From Pseudomonadota bacterium (lineage in GTDB: Bacteria; Pseudomonadota; Gammaproteobacteria; Acidiferrobacterales; UBA6901), in NCBI GenBank assembly GCA_027364845.1, contig DAHXOO010000008.1, positions 121 to 64,120 of the forward strand: 64,000 nucleotides of DNA, read 5' to 3'. Positions within the stretch are counted from its first letter, which is position 1. Each line of letters opens with the position of its first letter. The position numbers and the translations under genes were made by a program. This document shows, piece after piece, positions 18,695 through 28,479 of this stretch. Under the pieces are notes generated by a model. It was not told the origin of the DNA. It saw only the letters and a list, made by a program, of their open reading frames with translations, and ran no database searches.

Positions 18695-19846
18695 ATGGAG
18701 GGCGTGGCCGGCTGCGGGCAGATCCATCGGCAAAACGTAGTGGATATGGCCAGCGAGGTTGAACTAATTCAGGGCGAGCGGCGGCGCAGGTCGGTCCGTT
18801 GCCTGCCCGTGTCCCCGGGGGCTTCCCTCCGGCATCGGGCTGCAGTTGGTTTCGTGCTTGTCGCTGTACTTCTGTCCGGGTGCGCCACCACGCCCCAGAC
18901 AGATAGCGTGCGTGCCAGCACGCAGTTTGGCCATCAGATCAGCCGTGTCAGTGGAGTTCCGTTTTTTGCGCAGAAAGCCTACCAGTGCGGCCCGGCCTCG
19001 CTTGCGATGGCGCTCAACTGGTCCGGGGTTCCGGTTGCGCCGGAGCAACTGACTCCCCAAGTCTTCCTGCCCAAGCGCAAGGGCAGTCTGCAAATTGAAA
19101 TGGTGGCCGCAGCACGCCGCAACGGGCGGATTGCCTACGTCATCCAGCCTGGGCTACCGTCGCTTCTGACCGAGCTTGGCGCTGGCAATCCGGTGGTCAT
19201 CTTGGAGAATCTCGGTCTGAGCTGGTACCCGGTGTGGCATTACGCCGTCGCGGTGGGTGTCAACGTAGCCGCAGATGAGGTGATCCTTCGCTCCGGCGAC
19301 GCTGCCCGCCAGAACATGCCACTCGGCCTGTTCGAGCGTACCTGGGCACGCAGCGACGATTGGGGCCTGCTGGTCCTTCCGCCGAACCGCCTGCCGGCCA
19401 CGGCCGAGAAGCGCCCCTATCTTAGGGCCGTGGCTGCGCTGGAACGGCTGAACCATTTTCATCAGGCGCACACGGCCTACACCACCGCCCTGCGGCGCTG
19501 GCCGGACAGTCTGGTGGCGCAGATCGGACTGGGAAATACGTGTTACGCACTTAAGGAACTCGCATGTGCCGAGGATGCCTACCGCAAAGCGACCCGCTTG
19601 CATCCCAGCTCGGGCATTGCCTACAACAATCTGGCCCAGACGCTGGCGGACGAAGGCCGTCTCGTCGAAGCAGTCAAGTCTGCACGCCAGGCTGTCGCCC
19701 TGGGCGGACCGTTGGCAGCCACCTTCAGGGGAACCCTAGCCAAAATCGAAACCCGTCAAGGCGCCGGCGCATCGAAGGAACACCCGCGCTTTGGTAACGG
19801 ACATGCGCGGCAACATTTGTCCAGTTCGGGCGTTGACGGCAGATAA
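18695..19846 (+). CDS. PA2778-family cysteine peptidase (C39-like domain plus TPR repeats), probable lipoprotein
   Basis: Lipobox LLSGC, C39-like catalytic region FFAQKAYQCGPASLAMAL ... WHYAVAVG, and C-terminal TPR repeats (AYTTALRRWPDS..., AYRKATRLHPSS...). The start codon is uncertain. Confidence 0.65.
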   Translation: MEGVAGCGQIHRQNVVDMASEVELIQGERRRRSVRCLPVSPGASLRHRAAVGFVLVAVLLSGCATTPQTDSVRASTQFGHQISRVSGVPFFAQKAYQCGPASLAMALNWSGVPVAPEQLTPQVFLPKRKGSLQIEMVAAARRNGRIAYVIQPGLPSLLTELGAGNPVVILENLGLSWYPVWHYAVAVGVNVAADEVILRSGDAARQNMPLGLFERTWARSDDWGLLVLPPNRLPATAEKRPYLRAVAALERLNHFHQAHTAYTTALRRWPDSLVAQIGLGNTCYALKELACAEDAYRKATRLHPSSGIAYNNLAQTLADEGRLVEAVKSARQAVALGGPLAATFRGTLAKIETRQGAGASKEHPRFGNGHARQHLSSSGVDGR

Positions 19847-19956
19847 CCCGGACACGCACATCATTTCTGTTACCAAGCAACAGGGCCATTTAACGGATTC
19901 CCCTGTCCGCTATATGTTCGCGTGGTATGGGGTCGAAACAGCGAATTGGAGGGCAA

Positions 19957-20286
19957 TCAGAACCGCACGATGCGCGCTTCGTAGGGAAACACCAGCAAGC
20001 GGTAAAGCGTTTCACCGACCTGGACATGACCGTACTGCGGGGCCCCAATAGTTACCGTGTCGCCACCCACGGGCGAGAGTCCAGCACCGCCGAAGCGTCT
20101 CTCAAGAATGAGTACCTGCAGCAACTCCTCCAGCGTCTGACGGTCGATGTCGCCGGTGTTGTCAACGAGCCGGCAGGCATGGCCATTACTCATTACGCCA
20201 TCGACAATTATGGCATTGGCATCGATGGGATTCTGTTCATCAAATCTGCGCACGGAATCGGCAAGACTCGGCATGTCCGGCACCAT
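19957..20286 (-). CDS. hypothetical protein (109 aa)
   Basis: Codon usage resembles the neighbouring genes. I recognise no motif and there is no clear SD sequence. Confidence 0.35.
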   Translation of the reverse strand: MVPDMPSLADSVRRFDEQNPIDANAIIVDGVMSNGHACRLVDNTGDIDRQTLEELLQVLILERRFGGAGLSPVGGDTVTIGAPQYGHVQVGETLYRLLVFPYEARIVRF

Positions 20287-20556
20287 GATCTGGCCTGCGT
20301 TTATGGGGACTGCTACCTATCCTATCATCCGAAGCATTCTGGCAATAGGCGCGCAGTGGCCGGCATGCGCGTTGCGTCCACAAAGGACCGCTGGTCACGA
20401 AGCAGCGTCGCCCGAACACCTGGCCTCTACGACCCGCGGGTTGCTCGGTCGAACACTGCCAGCCGTCCGATGTCCGGGGTCTTAGCGCGAGCGCTTCCGG
20501 TCGACGAAGGTATCCGTCCTCGTGATGGGGGTTTCTCCTTACCAGCCCTGGTAGAG

Positions 20557-20580
20557 CTAGCCCATCTTTCGCTATTCGCC
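20557..20580. repeat. IS left terminal inverted repeat
   Basis: Perfect reverse complement of 22562-22585. Confidence 0.85.
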
Positions 20581-20715
20581 TCCCTATCAACTCCGTTCGT
20601 TGATTTTGGCTGGTCGTAACGCATTGAAGTGCTTCGCCTTTGATAAGGCCGACGTTGAAAAACCGCGTGTAGTGAAGACTTTGGTTGTTGCCAACGTCGC
20701 CCAAGCTTTTACACT

Positions 20716-22506
20716 GTGCGCATGTTTTTGAAATGCACCGAACGGCGCAAGGACGGCAAGACGCACCGCTACTGGAGCGTGGTCGAGAACCGTCGGCTGG
20801 CCAAAGGCCGTATCGCTCAGCGCCACGTCCTGTATCTGGGTGAGATCAGCGACACGCAACAACAGGCATGGCGTAACACCGTCGAGGTCTTTGATGAGGG
20901 TCGCGCGCGCCAACTCGCCCTGGTGGCGCATGATGCCGGGGCGCTGGATGAGACGGATGTCGTCAGCCTTCGAATCAATGAGCTTACGCTCAATCGCCCG
21001 CGCCAGTGGGGGGCCTGCTGGCTCGCCGGCGTGCTGTGGAACCAACTGGCGTTACCGGAGTTCTGGGAAGCGCGGCTGGGTGCCTCGCGCAAAGGCACCC
21101 GGTGGGCGGCCGTCCTGCAGACGCTCGTCACCTACCGACTGATCGATCCGGGCAGCGAATGGCGCCTGCATCGCCACTGGTTTACCTCAAGCGCGATGGC
21201 CGACTTACTCGATGCCGATTTTACATTGGCCGAGAAAGACACCTTGTACCGTTGCCTCGATAAGCTCCTGGTGCACAAGGATGATCTGATCTCGCATTTG
21301 CGGGCGCGTTGGGGTGAGCTCTTCGCGGTCCGCTTCGATGTGTTGCTCTACGATCTGACCTCCACGTATGTGGAGTCCGACACGCCCCGTGGGGAAGAGG
21401 ATCTGCGTCAGTACGGGTACAGCCGCGACAAGCGCGGCGATTGCCGGCAGGTGGTCATCGGCCTGATTGTCACCCCGGAGGGCTTCCCGTTGAGTTACGA
21501 GGTACTCGCCGGCAACACCGCGGATTGCACCACGCTCGGAGACTTCTTGAAGCGCATCGAGGCGCGTTACGGCAAGGCGAATCGAGTCTGGGTCATGGAC
21601 AGAGGTGTGCCGACGGAGGCCACGCTGGCACAAATGCGGGCCATGGGCGCTTTCTATCTGGTCGGCACACCCAAAGGACGGCTCACGAAATTGGAGGGCG
21701 ATTTACTGGCACAGCCTTGGCAGCGGGTGCGTGAAGGATTACAGGTGAAGCAACGGCCGCATGAAGGGGAAACCTATGTCCTGGCCGCGAGTGAGAAGCG
21801 CGTCAGTAAAGAGCGCGCCATGCGTAAGCGTCGTCTCAAAAAATATGTGGCCACCTTGAAGCAATTGCAGGCGAAGCTTCCGGCACGGGATCAATTATTG
21901 ATGCGCATCGGGGCAGCCAGAAAAGCGGCCGGACGCGCCGCTGGTCTGATCACCCTTGAGTTGCCCAAGACGGATGAGGCGGTCACGGCGCAAACTTTTT
22001 GCTTCGCGCTCGATCGCAAGAAGTTGCGGCGAGCGCGGCGTCGCGAAGGCCGCTATTTGCTGCGCACCAACTTAACCGGTGATGATCCCTCGCAACTGTG
22101 GACCTTCTATGTGCAGCTGACCGAGGTCGAGCAGGCCTTCAAGGAACTCAAACACGATCTCGCGATCCGTCCGCTTTACCATCAACTCGAACATCGCATC
22201 GAGGCGCACATCTTCGTGGCCTTCCTCGCCTATTGTTTGCAAGTCACTCTCAAATATCGGTTGAAGCACCGGGCACCGGGATTAACGCCACGGGTGGCGC
22301 TCGAGAAGTTCAAAACGATCCAGATGATCGATGTGCAGATACCCACGAGTGATGGGCGAACGCTCACGCTCTGCCGTTACACCCAACCCGAGCCCGAGCA
22401 TCGTATGTTGCTCGATGTGCTGCAGCTGCGGTTGCCCGCCCAACCGCCCCCAAAGATTACCGCCAAACAACTCCGCGCCACCGTTGCCGACACCCGCGTG
22501 GCGTAG
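20716..22506 (+). CDS. IS1634-family DDE transposase
   Basis: N-terminus MFLKCTERRKDGKTHRYWSVVENRRLAKGRIAQRHVLYLGEI is typical of IS1634 transposases, with DDE regions (LLYDLTSTYVE, VWVMDRGV, YLLRTN...YHQLEHRIEAH). The likely ATG is 20722. Confidence 0.85.
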   Translation: MRMFLKCTERRKDGKTHRYWSVVENRRLAKGRIAQRHVLYLGEISDTQQQAWRNTVEVFDEGRARQLALVAHDAGALDETDVVSLRINELTLNRPRQWGACWLAGVLWNQLALPEFWEARLGASRKGTRWAAVLQTLVTYRLIDPGSEWRLHRHWFTSSAMADLLDADFTLAEKDTLYRCLDKLLVHKDDLISHLRARWGELFAVRFDVLLYDLTSTYVESDTPRGEEDLRQYGYSRDKRGDCRQVVIGLIVTPEGFPLSYEVLAGNTADCTTLGDFLKRIEARYGKANRVWVMDRGVPTEATLAQMRAMGAFYLVGTPKGRLTKLEGDLLAQPWQRVREGLQVKQRPHEGETYVLAASEKRVSKERAMRKRRLKKYVATLKQLQAKLPARDQLLMRIGAARKAAGRAAGLITLELPKTDEAVTAQTFCFALDRKKLRRARRREGRYLLRTNLTGDDPSQLWTFYVQLTEVEQAFKELKHDLAIRPLYHQLEHRIEAHIFVAFLAYCLQVTLKYRLKHRAPGLTPRVALEKFKTIQMIDVQIPTSDGRTLTLCRYTQPEPEHRMLLDVLQLRLPAQPPPKITAKQLRATVADTRVA

Positions 22507-22561
22507 TGCAGACTTTTAAGACCGCTACTCGATAAATCAAAGAGTTAGGATCGTCAGTACG

Positions 22562-22585
22562 GGCGAATAGCGAAAGATGGGCTAG
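22562..22585. repeat. IS right terminal inverted repeat
   Basis: Perfect reverse complement of 20557-20580. Confidence 0.85.
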
Positions 22586-22871
22586 ACATTCCATTCGAGA
22601 CTGACTGGACTCACCGACAGCCGTTTGTGCCAAATTGGCGTGAAACACCTACGCTTATGAAATTGCTGTCGGACGGTAGGTGCTCAATGTCTGAACAGAA
22701 GAAACTGAAGAGGGTGTCAGCAACCAGCGTGGGCTCTATCACGCTGGCGGTGCGCCGCCGGAATGGTCAACCCGGAAGGGTGAGCAGTCGCAACGTGTTG
22801 TCAGTTCAGCGCATCCTGCAAAATCGCCGCCCTGGAAGAGGCTGACCGGACGACGTTGGGACATTCGTGAT

Positions 22872-25800
22872 TCAGGGCAAATCAATCCGATAGTATAGGT
22901 CTACGCCACTGCCGACAGTACCCCCCTCGGTCTGCAACTCGACCGACTGGGTAAGGCGGTAGCGTAGACGCGCCACGGTACCGGCCCCAAAAATGGATTG
23001 GCCGATGCTGACGTAGAGATGCGGCGTCAGATAATGTCCCAAGGTGACCATGGTGCCGGCAAGCCCCTCGGCTTGGGTGGAACTGGTGCCCAGATTGGCA
23101 AAGCCCACGTCACCCAAAAGATTCTGCCTGAACAAAGTCGCCTGGGTGGTGGAGAAGAGCTGGCCGGCCGCCGCGGCCAGCAGGTTGTTCTGGCTTTGCA
23201 GTCCGCTTGCCGGGTATCCGAAGATCAGATAGGAGAGGACGTCAGTATCGGACATGGCGGGCACTGAGTAGAGCCGCACCTGGGGCGACTGCAAGGTGCC
23301 AGTCACCTGTACGCCCGCCTGTATCCTCTCTTGATTCATCCCGAAACTGGTAGCAGCGATGTGGCGCAGTGCCAGGACGTCCAGCACCGCCAGATTCGGT
23401 GGCCCATGAAAGCGGATGACACCCCGGGTGAAATTCAAGTTCTTACCATAGATCTGATAGCGGCCGTTGACCATGTGCAGCACCCCTTCCACCTGGGGCG
23501 GCTGCCCACCTTGGACCCTGACCTGAAGATTTCCCTGTAGGTCAGATTGCAGACCACCCATGATAACTTTGGCATCATTACCCAGGGCGATACGCAAACT
23601 GCCGTCGAAGGTGGGACCGCTGCCGGATTCAGCTTGGGTTTTCACAAACACCACGTCCGCGCTCGGGCGCACGCCGCCGATCTGACTTCCCAGGATGTGC
23701 AATTGGTCTGCGGTTACATCCCCCGTGATGCCGATACGCCGCCAACCGCCCTCTATGGTGATGTTCGGTGTCACGGCAGCGGTGACTTCCGGCAGGTTGA
23801 GAATGGCGAAGTCCTTGCCGGTCACCTGCATCTGGTAATGGGATGGGGTAAAACCAGATAGCGTGACCATCCCCTGCCCGCCGATGCTTCCTTTCCCTGA
23901 AGTCGCGTGAAATTGGCTGATGGTCAACCGCTCGCCTTCGGCCTGCAACTGCGCGCCGATCCCGGTCACGGTGATGCCTGCTTGGGGGATGAAAACAGCA
24001 GCGTCTCGCAACGCCGCACGGCCGCTCCACTTGGGGTGCTCCCAGGTTCCAGCAAGTTTGAGATTGCCGCTGAATCGCCAAGTGGGGCGTACAGTCACTT
24101 GGCGAAGTGGGGCAGCTAACAGCAGGCTGTGCCTGATATTGAAAAGGAATTTCCCCTGCACTGGGCCCGCCGGTGGCCATTGGAACGGGATGCCTAAGGA
24201 AATGGGCAAGGTCGCGGTCGCCTGTGCCACACCGAAACCTTGAGCCAGACTTAGCCGGCTTTCGATGTTGAGCACCTTGTGTGCCGCATGCAGGTGGCCG
24301 GCCCAAGATGATATGGGAACCTGGATTGTCCGGCCCGCCGGCTCGCGCCAAATGAGCATGGCTTCCCGCAGGTTGGCGTCTCCATCGCCCGTGCAGTGCC
24401 CCGCGCACCGGGCGACGAGATCGAGATCGGTCCGCCCCTTCACCTGCACCTCCCCCGAAGCGGAAGCCAGGTCCAGCGGAAGAGCGCGGACGTGCAAAGA
24501 TCCCTGTCCTTTCCGGTCGGCAAAAGTCCAATTTCCCTCCAAACGGATACTGGCCCCCCGGCTGTCAGCGAGACTCACGGTGGAGATCGCGAGACGTCCG
24601 CTGCTCCAGTCGATCCGGACCGGCGCCGTCAGATCCCAGTGGCCGAGGCGCTGGCCTTCGACCCCCAGGCGCTGCAAGACCGTATTCCACACAGCTGCGT
24701 GGCGCGATACCTTGGCGGCGAGGTGTATCACATCGTCCCGCCAGTGGACCTCAATACGACTCTCGAAGGCAGCCAGCGTACCCTGGGCATGGACATCCAA
24801 AGCGATATCTTCTCCGGCGACATGGACCCCCTGGGCCTGCAGATCCATATTGGTCTTACCGTCCGCGCGTGATGTAGCGGTAAGGTGCAAGGCGGCCACC
24901 CGGTAAGCATCGAAACTCAGCCCCTGCGCCTGGCCCTTTATTTGGCCCTGCCAGCGCCCGTTGGGGTGGGCTACCCAGCCCGAAATACGGCTTCCCCCCC
25001 GAAACTTTGGAAAAATGCCGGCCCATCGAGAGACCTGGGCAGTAAAATCAATCCGCCTCTCCAGCTCTCCAGCAGCAGTCAAGTTCAGACCGGGGCCTTT
25101 GAGGTCCAAGGCGTCCACCCGAAAGACACGCGGTGCAAAGCTTAGTCGGACCTGGCCTCGCAGGCTCTGCCGATAGACGTAACTGGGGCCAAGATCCAAA
25201 GTCAGATTTCCTCCCGATCCGTTGATCTCTTTCGCCAATCGCAGCCCCAGAGTGCCATTCAAGTTGGCTTGCACGTGCGGCAGCAGCATTCCTGGATTCA
25301 CGCCAGTAAATGTCAGGCTCGCCGCAACGTGCCAACTGGGGCGCCATCTCAGCCTTAGCCACCCTCCTGTCGAAAGCCCTCCCAGAAGACGGCCGGAAAC
25401 AGAGGCCATCCGGAATCCGGCTTCGTTCCCCGCAAGATCTCCGGCCAGCTGCCAATGGAACTTGGGGGCCTGAAACACGATATGCCCGTGGTAGGCCAGA
25501 GGGTTGCCTTCCAGTTGCAGATCCACGGCATAGGGCGCGGCGGAAATGGTCTTGGGCAAATCCAGCAGATATAGGTCCTTCCCGTGCAGACTTAAACGAT
25601 AGGGTTGCGAAGGAGGACCGAGAGAAAGGACGGCATCCACCAGAGCCGGTTGGCTCAATTGGGGAATAAGCACGCGCGCGTTGCGCAGTTGGAAAGCATG
25701 TCGCTCCAGAAAGAGATCCGCGGTGACAGTCATGGGGAGATTGCCTTCAATGCGGACAGCCACCGGCCCACCCATAGCCGCCATGCTGGGCTTCCAGTCG

Positions 25801-26420
25801 ACGCCCCAGACGGCGCGCGTACCGGGCGAGGTCCAGCTACCGAATGTCTTCAGGCTGTGCACGGTCCATCCCAGATCCAGGGAACCTTCCGCCTGCCCCT
25901 CAGGCAAAGCAAAGCGAAAATGGCTCGAATGCAGTCCCTCGCCAGTCCACGCCAATTCTCCCGCAAAGTACCGCAAGTCGAACTGCTGTTGATGCCCTCT
26001 CCGCAATGTCAGCCGCGCGAGGTCCAGGTGCTCGATTCGCACATGCAAGAGATGGGACCACAGAGGCATTGGCGGCAGGGAAAGATCCGGCACTTCCGCA
26101 AGTTTTTTCGACGACGCCAGATGGATCTCTGCGCCGCGCACCCGCAGTGTTCTGACCAAGACCTGCCTCTGCCATAAGGCCACCGGCATCCAGTCAAGGT
26201 CGAGATGATCGACCACCACCCACTCCGCGCCTGCACGCCAATGCACTCCCTGCAATTCCAAAGGGCCCGCCAGGCTACCCTGCACGGACACTACCTCCAG
26301 GCCAGGAATGCGCTTCAGGGCCCAAAGGGCCCCGGCAGGAGTGAAAAACAACCAGTACCAGACCCAGGCCACTGCCAACAAAGGCAGAGCGAACAAAAGA
26401 GAGACGAGAACCCGTCTCAC
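22872..26420 (-). CDS. tamB: translocation and assembly module protein TamB (DUF490/AsmA-like)
   Basis: 1182 aa with an N-terminal TM anchor, long beta-rich repeats and a C-terminal DUF490-like segment. Overlaps the tamA stop by 4 nt. Confidence 0.85.
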   Translation of the reverse strand: MRRVLVSLLFALPLLAVAWVWYWLFFTPAGALWALKRIPGLEVVSVQGSLAGPLELQGVHWRAGAEWVVVDHLDLDWMPVALWQRQVLVRTLRVRGAEIHLASSKKLAEVPDLSLPPMPLWSHLLHVRIEHLDLARLTLRRGHQQQFDLRYFAGELAWTGEGLHSSHFRFALPEGQAEGSLDLGWTVHSLKTFGSWTSPGTRAVWGVDWKPSMAAMGGPVAVRIEGNLPMTVTADLFLERHAFQLRNARVLIPQLSQPALVDAVLSLGPPSQPYRLSLHGKDLYLLDLPKTISAAPYAVDLQLEGNPLAYHGHIVFQAPKFHWQLAGDLAGNEAGFRMASVSGRLLGGLSTGGWLRLRWRPSWHVAASLTFTGVNPGMLLPHVQANLNGTLGLRLAKEINGSGGNLTLDLGPSYVYRQSLRGQVRLSFAPRVFRVDALDLKGPGLNLTAAGELERRIDFTAQVSRWAGIFPKFRGGSRISGWVAHPNGRWQGQIKGQAQGLSFDAYRVAALHLTATSRADGKTNMDLQAQGVHVAGEDIALDVHAQGTLAAFESRIEVHWRDDVIHLAAKVSRHAAVWNTVLQRLGVEGQRLGHWDLTAPVRIDWSSGRLAISTVSLADSRGASIRLEGNWTFADRKGQGSLHVRALPLDLASASGEVQVKGRTDLDLVARCAGHCTGDGDANLREAMLIWREPAGRTIQVPISSWAGHLHAAHKVLNIESRLSLAQGFGVAQATATLPISLGIPFQWPPAGPVQGKFLFNIRHSLLLAAPLRQVTVRPTWRFSGNLKLAGTWEHPKWSGRAALRDAAVFIPQAGITVTGIGAQLQAEGERLTISQFHATSGKGSIGGQGMVTLSGFTPSHYQMQVTGKDFAILNLPEVTAAVTPNITIEGGWRRIGITGDVTADQLHILGSQIGGVRPSADVVFVKTQAESGSGPTFDGSLRIALGNDAKVIMGGLQSDLQGNLQVRVQGGQPPQVEGVLHMVNGRYQIYGKNLNFTRGVIRFHGPPNLAVLDVLALRHIAATSFGMNQERIQAGVQVTGTLQSPQVRLYSVPAMSDTDVLSYLIFGYPASGLQSQNNLLAAAAGQLFSTTQATLFRQNLLGDVGFANLGTSSTQAEGLAGTMVTLGHYLTPHLYVSIGQSIFGAGTVARLRYRLTQSVELQTEGGTVGSGVDLYYRIDLP

Positions 26421-28183
26421 AGACTGACTCCCACGGAGAAAATCACGCGCAGGTACGGGGCACGGGGGCTAACCAACGGATGGGCGACGTCTAAGCGTAC
26501 CGGGCCGAAGGGTGAGTACCAGCGCACGCCAATCCCCACGTCTCGCAGGACACGGAACTCAGCAAAGTTATTGAAAGCATTGCCGACGTGATAAAAGATC
26601 ACTATGCCCCAATCCTTCCGGATGAACCGTTCCACCTCCGCGCCACCCACCAGAAGGTCGCTGCCGCCCAACACCACACCGTTCAGCTCCGGACCTTGAG
26701 AAAGATAGGCATAACCCGGCAAGGTGCTCTGGCCGCCGGCGAAAAAGCGCAGGGTGGGCGGCAGGAGGTCGATGGAACCCGGTAACCAGGTGGCTCCTGC
26801 CTCTCCCCGCAGCCCCACACCCCATTTGGTGCTCAAGAAGTGGCGCCATACTCCATGCACACGCATTTGCGCGAAATTCGCATCACTAGCCAGCGCCCGC
26901 GTCCCGCCCTGGATGGTAACGTCCCAGGAATAACCTTCCAGGGGACGTACCGGATTTGGAAAACCCTGCACCGAGTAACGCAGGGAAGGGATAATGAAAC
27001 GCGCCCGACCGGACAGTCCATCAATGCTATAGTTAATTTTCTGATAGGACAGCAGCGCGCCAAGGTTAGCGCCGCCCCCCATATACCAGTCACGCCCAAA
27101 ACCGGTGTCGAAGACATCGGCACTGTACGGCACCAGATTCAAATGCCGGAAGCTGGCTTCAGCGATGTACCGGGAACCGAGGCGATCCCCCACCGGCCAT
27201 GTGTAGCTGGCGCCTACATCCAGGGTCCGCTGAGCCAGGGTCAATGACAGGTGCGCGTGCTGACCGCGGCGAAAAGCGTTGTAATTATCGTAGCCCAGCC
27301 CCAGGTTGGCACCCAGATCCGAGCTGTAGCCCACCCCCACCTTCAGGCGCTTGGGCCGGAGAGATTTTAGTATTACCGTCACGGGTATACGCCCGTCCCT
27401 GGCATGCTGCAGATCAGAAAGAACAGCAATCTCCGAAAACCTGTCGGCATTGCGGAGATTAGCCTGGGTGCTCGCGAGTCGGGTCGAGCTGTACCAGTCA
27501 CCAGGGCCAAAGTCCAAATAGCGAGCGAGGAAGCGGCGAGGATAGGTCTTTGCCCCCTGAAAGACGACTTTGCCGAAGCGATAACGGCTGCCGCTGTTCA
27601 CGGTGAGGAAGATGTCCGCCCAGTGCTCCTTCCGATCGATGAGAATTTCATGACGGGAGAAATCGGCTCTGGCGTAGCCTTCCGCATGGAGGGCGTTCAG
27701 GGTCTTGGCCTTCCAGTCGTCATAGAGGGACTGATCGAGGGCTTCTCCTTGCCGCAGCGGGAACATCTCAAGCAATTGATGCAGGACCGGAACCCCGCTG
27801 CCGGGCCCCTCTGCACGCAGGGTGGCGTTTCGCACCATGATGCGCGGACCAAGTCGAAGCGCGAAGGTCAGGATGTAATCGCTTCCCCGTTGGACAACAT
27901 GCTCCTTCCAGCGGGCATCGTAATACCCGTATACCTCCAGGGCCTGGCGCAGCCGGAGGGCCGCCGCCATCCGGGCATCGGTGAGCCCCGCGAGAGGGTC
28001 GACTATGGGCGCCGGCGGCATGACATTCGCCAGGTGGCTGCGCAGGACGCCCGGAGCGCCGGTGATCCGGAAGCGCAGCTCCGCCGCCCAAACGGGAGAC
28101 ATCATCAGCAATCCCCAACTCAGGAGCAACCCGCTGACGAGAATTGGCTTGCGCTGCTTCAAAAACAGTCCGCGTCCATCCAT
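26417..28183 (-). CDS. tamA: outer-membrane translocation and assembly module protein TamA (Omp85 family)
   Basis: 588 aa with a signal peptide (VWA/AE), POTRA-like repeats, and an Omp85 beta-barrel ending ...VIFSVGVSL. Confidence 0.85.
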   Translation of the reverse strand: MDGRGLFLKQRKPILVSGLLLSWGLLMMSPVWAAELRFRITGAPGVLRSHLANVMPPAPIVDPLAGLTDARMAAALRLRQALEVYGYYDARWKEHVVQRGSDYILTFALRLGPRIMVRNATLRAEGPGSGVPVLHQLLEMFPLRQGEALDQSLYDDWKAKTLNALHAEGYARADFSRHEILIDRKEHWADIFLTVNSGSRYRFGKVVFQGAKTYPRRFLARYLDFGPGDWYSSTRLASTQANLRNADRFSEIAVLSDLQHARDGRIPVTVILKSLRPKRLKVGVGYSSDLGANLGLGYDNYNAFRRGQHAHLSLTLAQRTLDVGASYTWPVGDRLGSRYIAEASFRHLNLVPYSADVFDTGFGRDWYMGGGANLGALLSYQKINYSIDGLSGRARFIIPSLRYSVQGFPNPVRPLEGYSWDVTIQGGTRALASDANFAQMRVHGVWRHFLSTKWGVGLRGEAGATWLPGSIDLLPPTLRFFAGGQSTLPGYAYLSQGPELNGVVLGGSDLLVGGAEVERFIRKDWGIVIFYHVGNAFNNFAEFRVLRDVGIGVRWYSPFGPVRLDVAHPLVSPRAPYLRVIFSVGVSL

Positions 28184-28185
28184 TG

Positions 28186-28341
28186 CCTGTGCCGAACCTT
28201 GGATACCCGGATGCCAAGCGTTTTAGCTGAGTTCGACAGACGCTGTAACGCGCTGGAATGAGAGAAACCTTGCTCTAGCACCGGCTCAATGGCTTCTGCC
28301 TGAAACTCCTTCGCGTGTTTCTGACTTGGTGGCTTTTCCAT
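28186..28341 (-). pseudogene. IS3-family transposase OrfA (HTH) N-terminal remnant
   Basis: KEFQAEAIEPVLEQGFSHSSALQRLSNSAKTLGIRV resembles IS3 OrfA (EFKxEAVxLVLEQGYSxxEAAxxLGIxxxxLxxW). It is truncated and abuts the tamA start codon. Confidence 0.55.
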
Positions 28342-28479
28342 CCAATGCCTCCGATATTCACATTATCAAGCTGAAGCTGCTGCTTTTCCGAGCCCAGCAC
28401 AGAGATGTTGTCCGATTCCATCCTGCGGGCCTGCCGCTTCCGGGCAGTGGCTGAATGTAACCCTGCGGATCAGCCTGGG

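Larger units (their letters stand above)
20557..22585 (+). mobile_element. IS1634-family (IS4 superfamily) insertion sequence, apparently intact
   Basis: A 24-bp perfect terminal inverted repeat, CTAGCCCATCTTTCGCTATTCGCC (20557-20580) and its reverse complement (22562-22585), brackets a single 596-aa transposase ORF. Confidence 0.85.

Noticed and set aside
19927-20619. 230-aa plus-strand ORF overlapping the 109-aa minus-strand hypothetical and running into the IS left end.
   Set aside because: The translation looks non-protein-like, it runs through the IS terminal repeat, and the opposite-strand ORF has more gene-like codon usage.
21707-21722. Sigma-54-like TGGCAC-N5-TGGCA inside the transposase gene, and TGGCACACTGTTGCG at 41726-41740 inside the cNMP-rhodanese gene.
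   Set aside because: Both are intragenic, with a wrong -12 element or spacing off by one. They are most likely chance matches.
22627-22845. 72-aa ORF (or a 52-aa version starting MSEQKKLKRV) between the IS and tamB.
   Set aside because: It has no recognisable motif, a weak ribosome-binding site and an Arg-rich composition. The evidence is insufficient to call a gene.
23629-24531. 300-aa same-strand alternative-frame ORF inside tamB.
   Set aside because: The translation is Arg/Gly/Pro-rich with no motifs, and it lies fully within a well-supported tamB reading frame.
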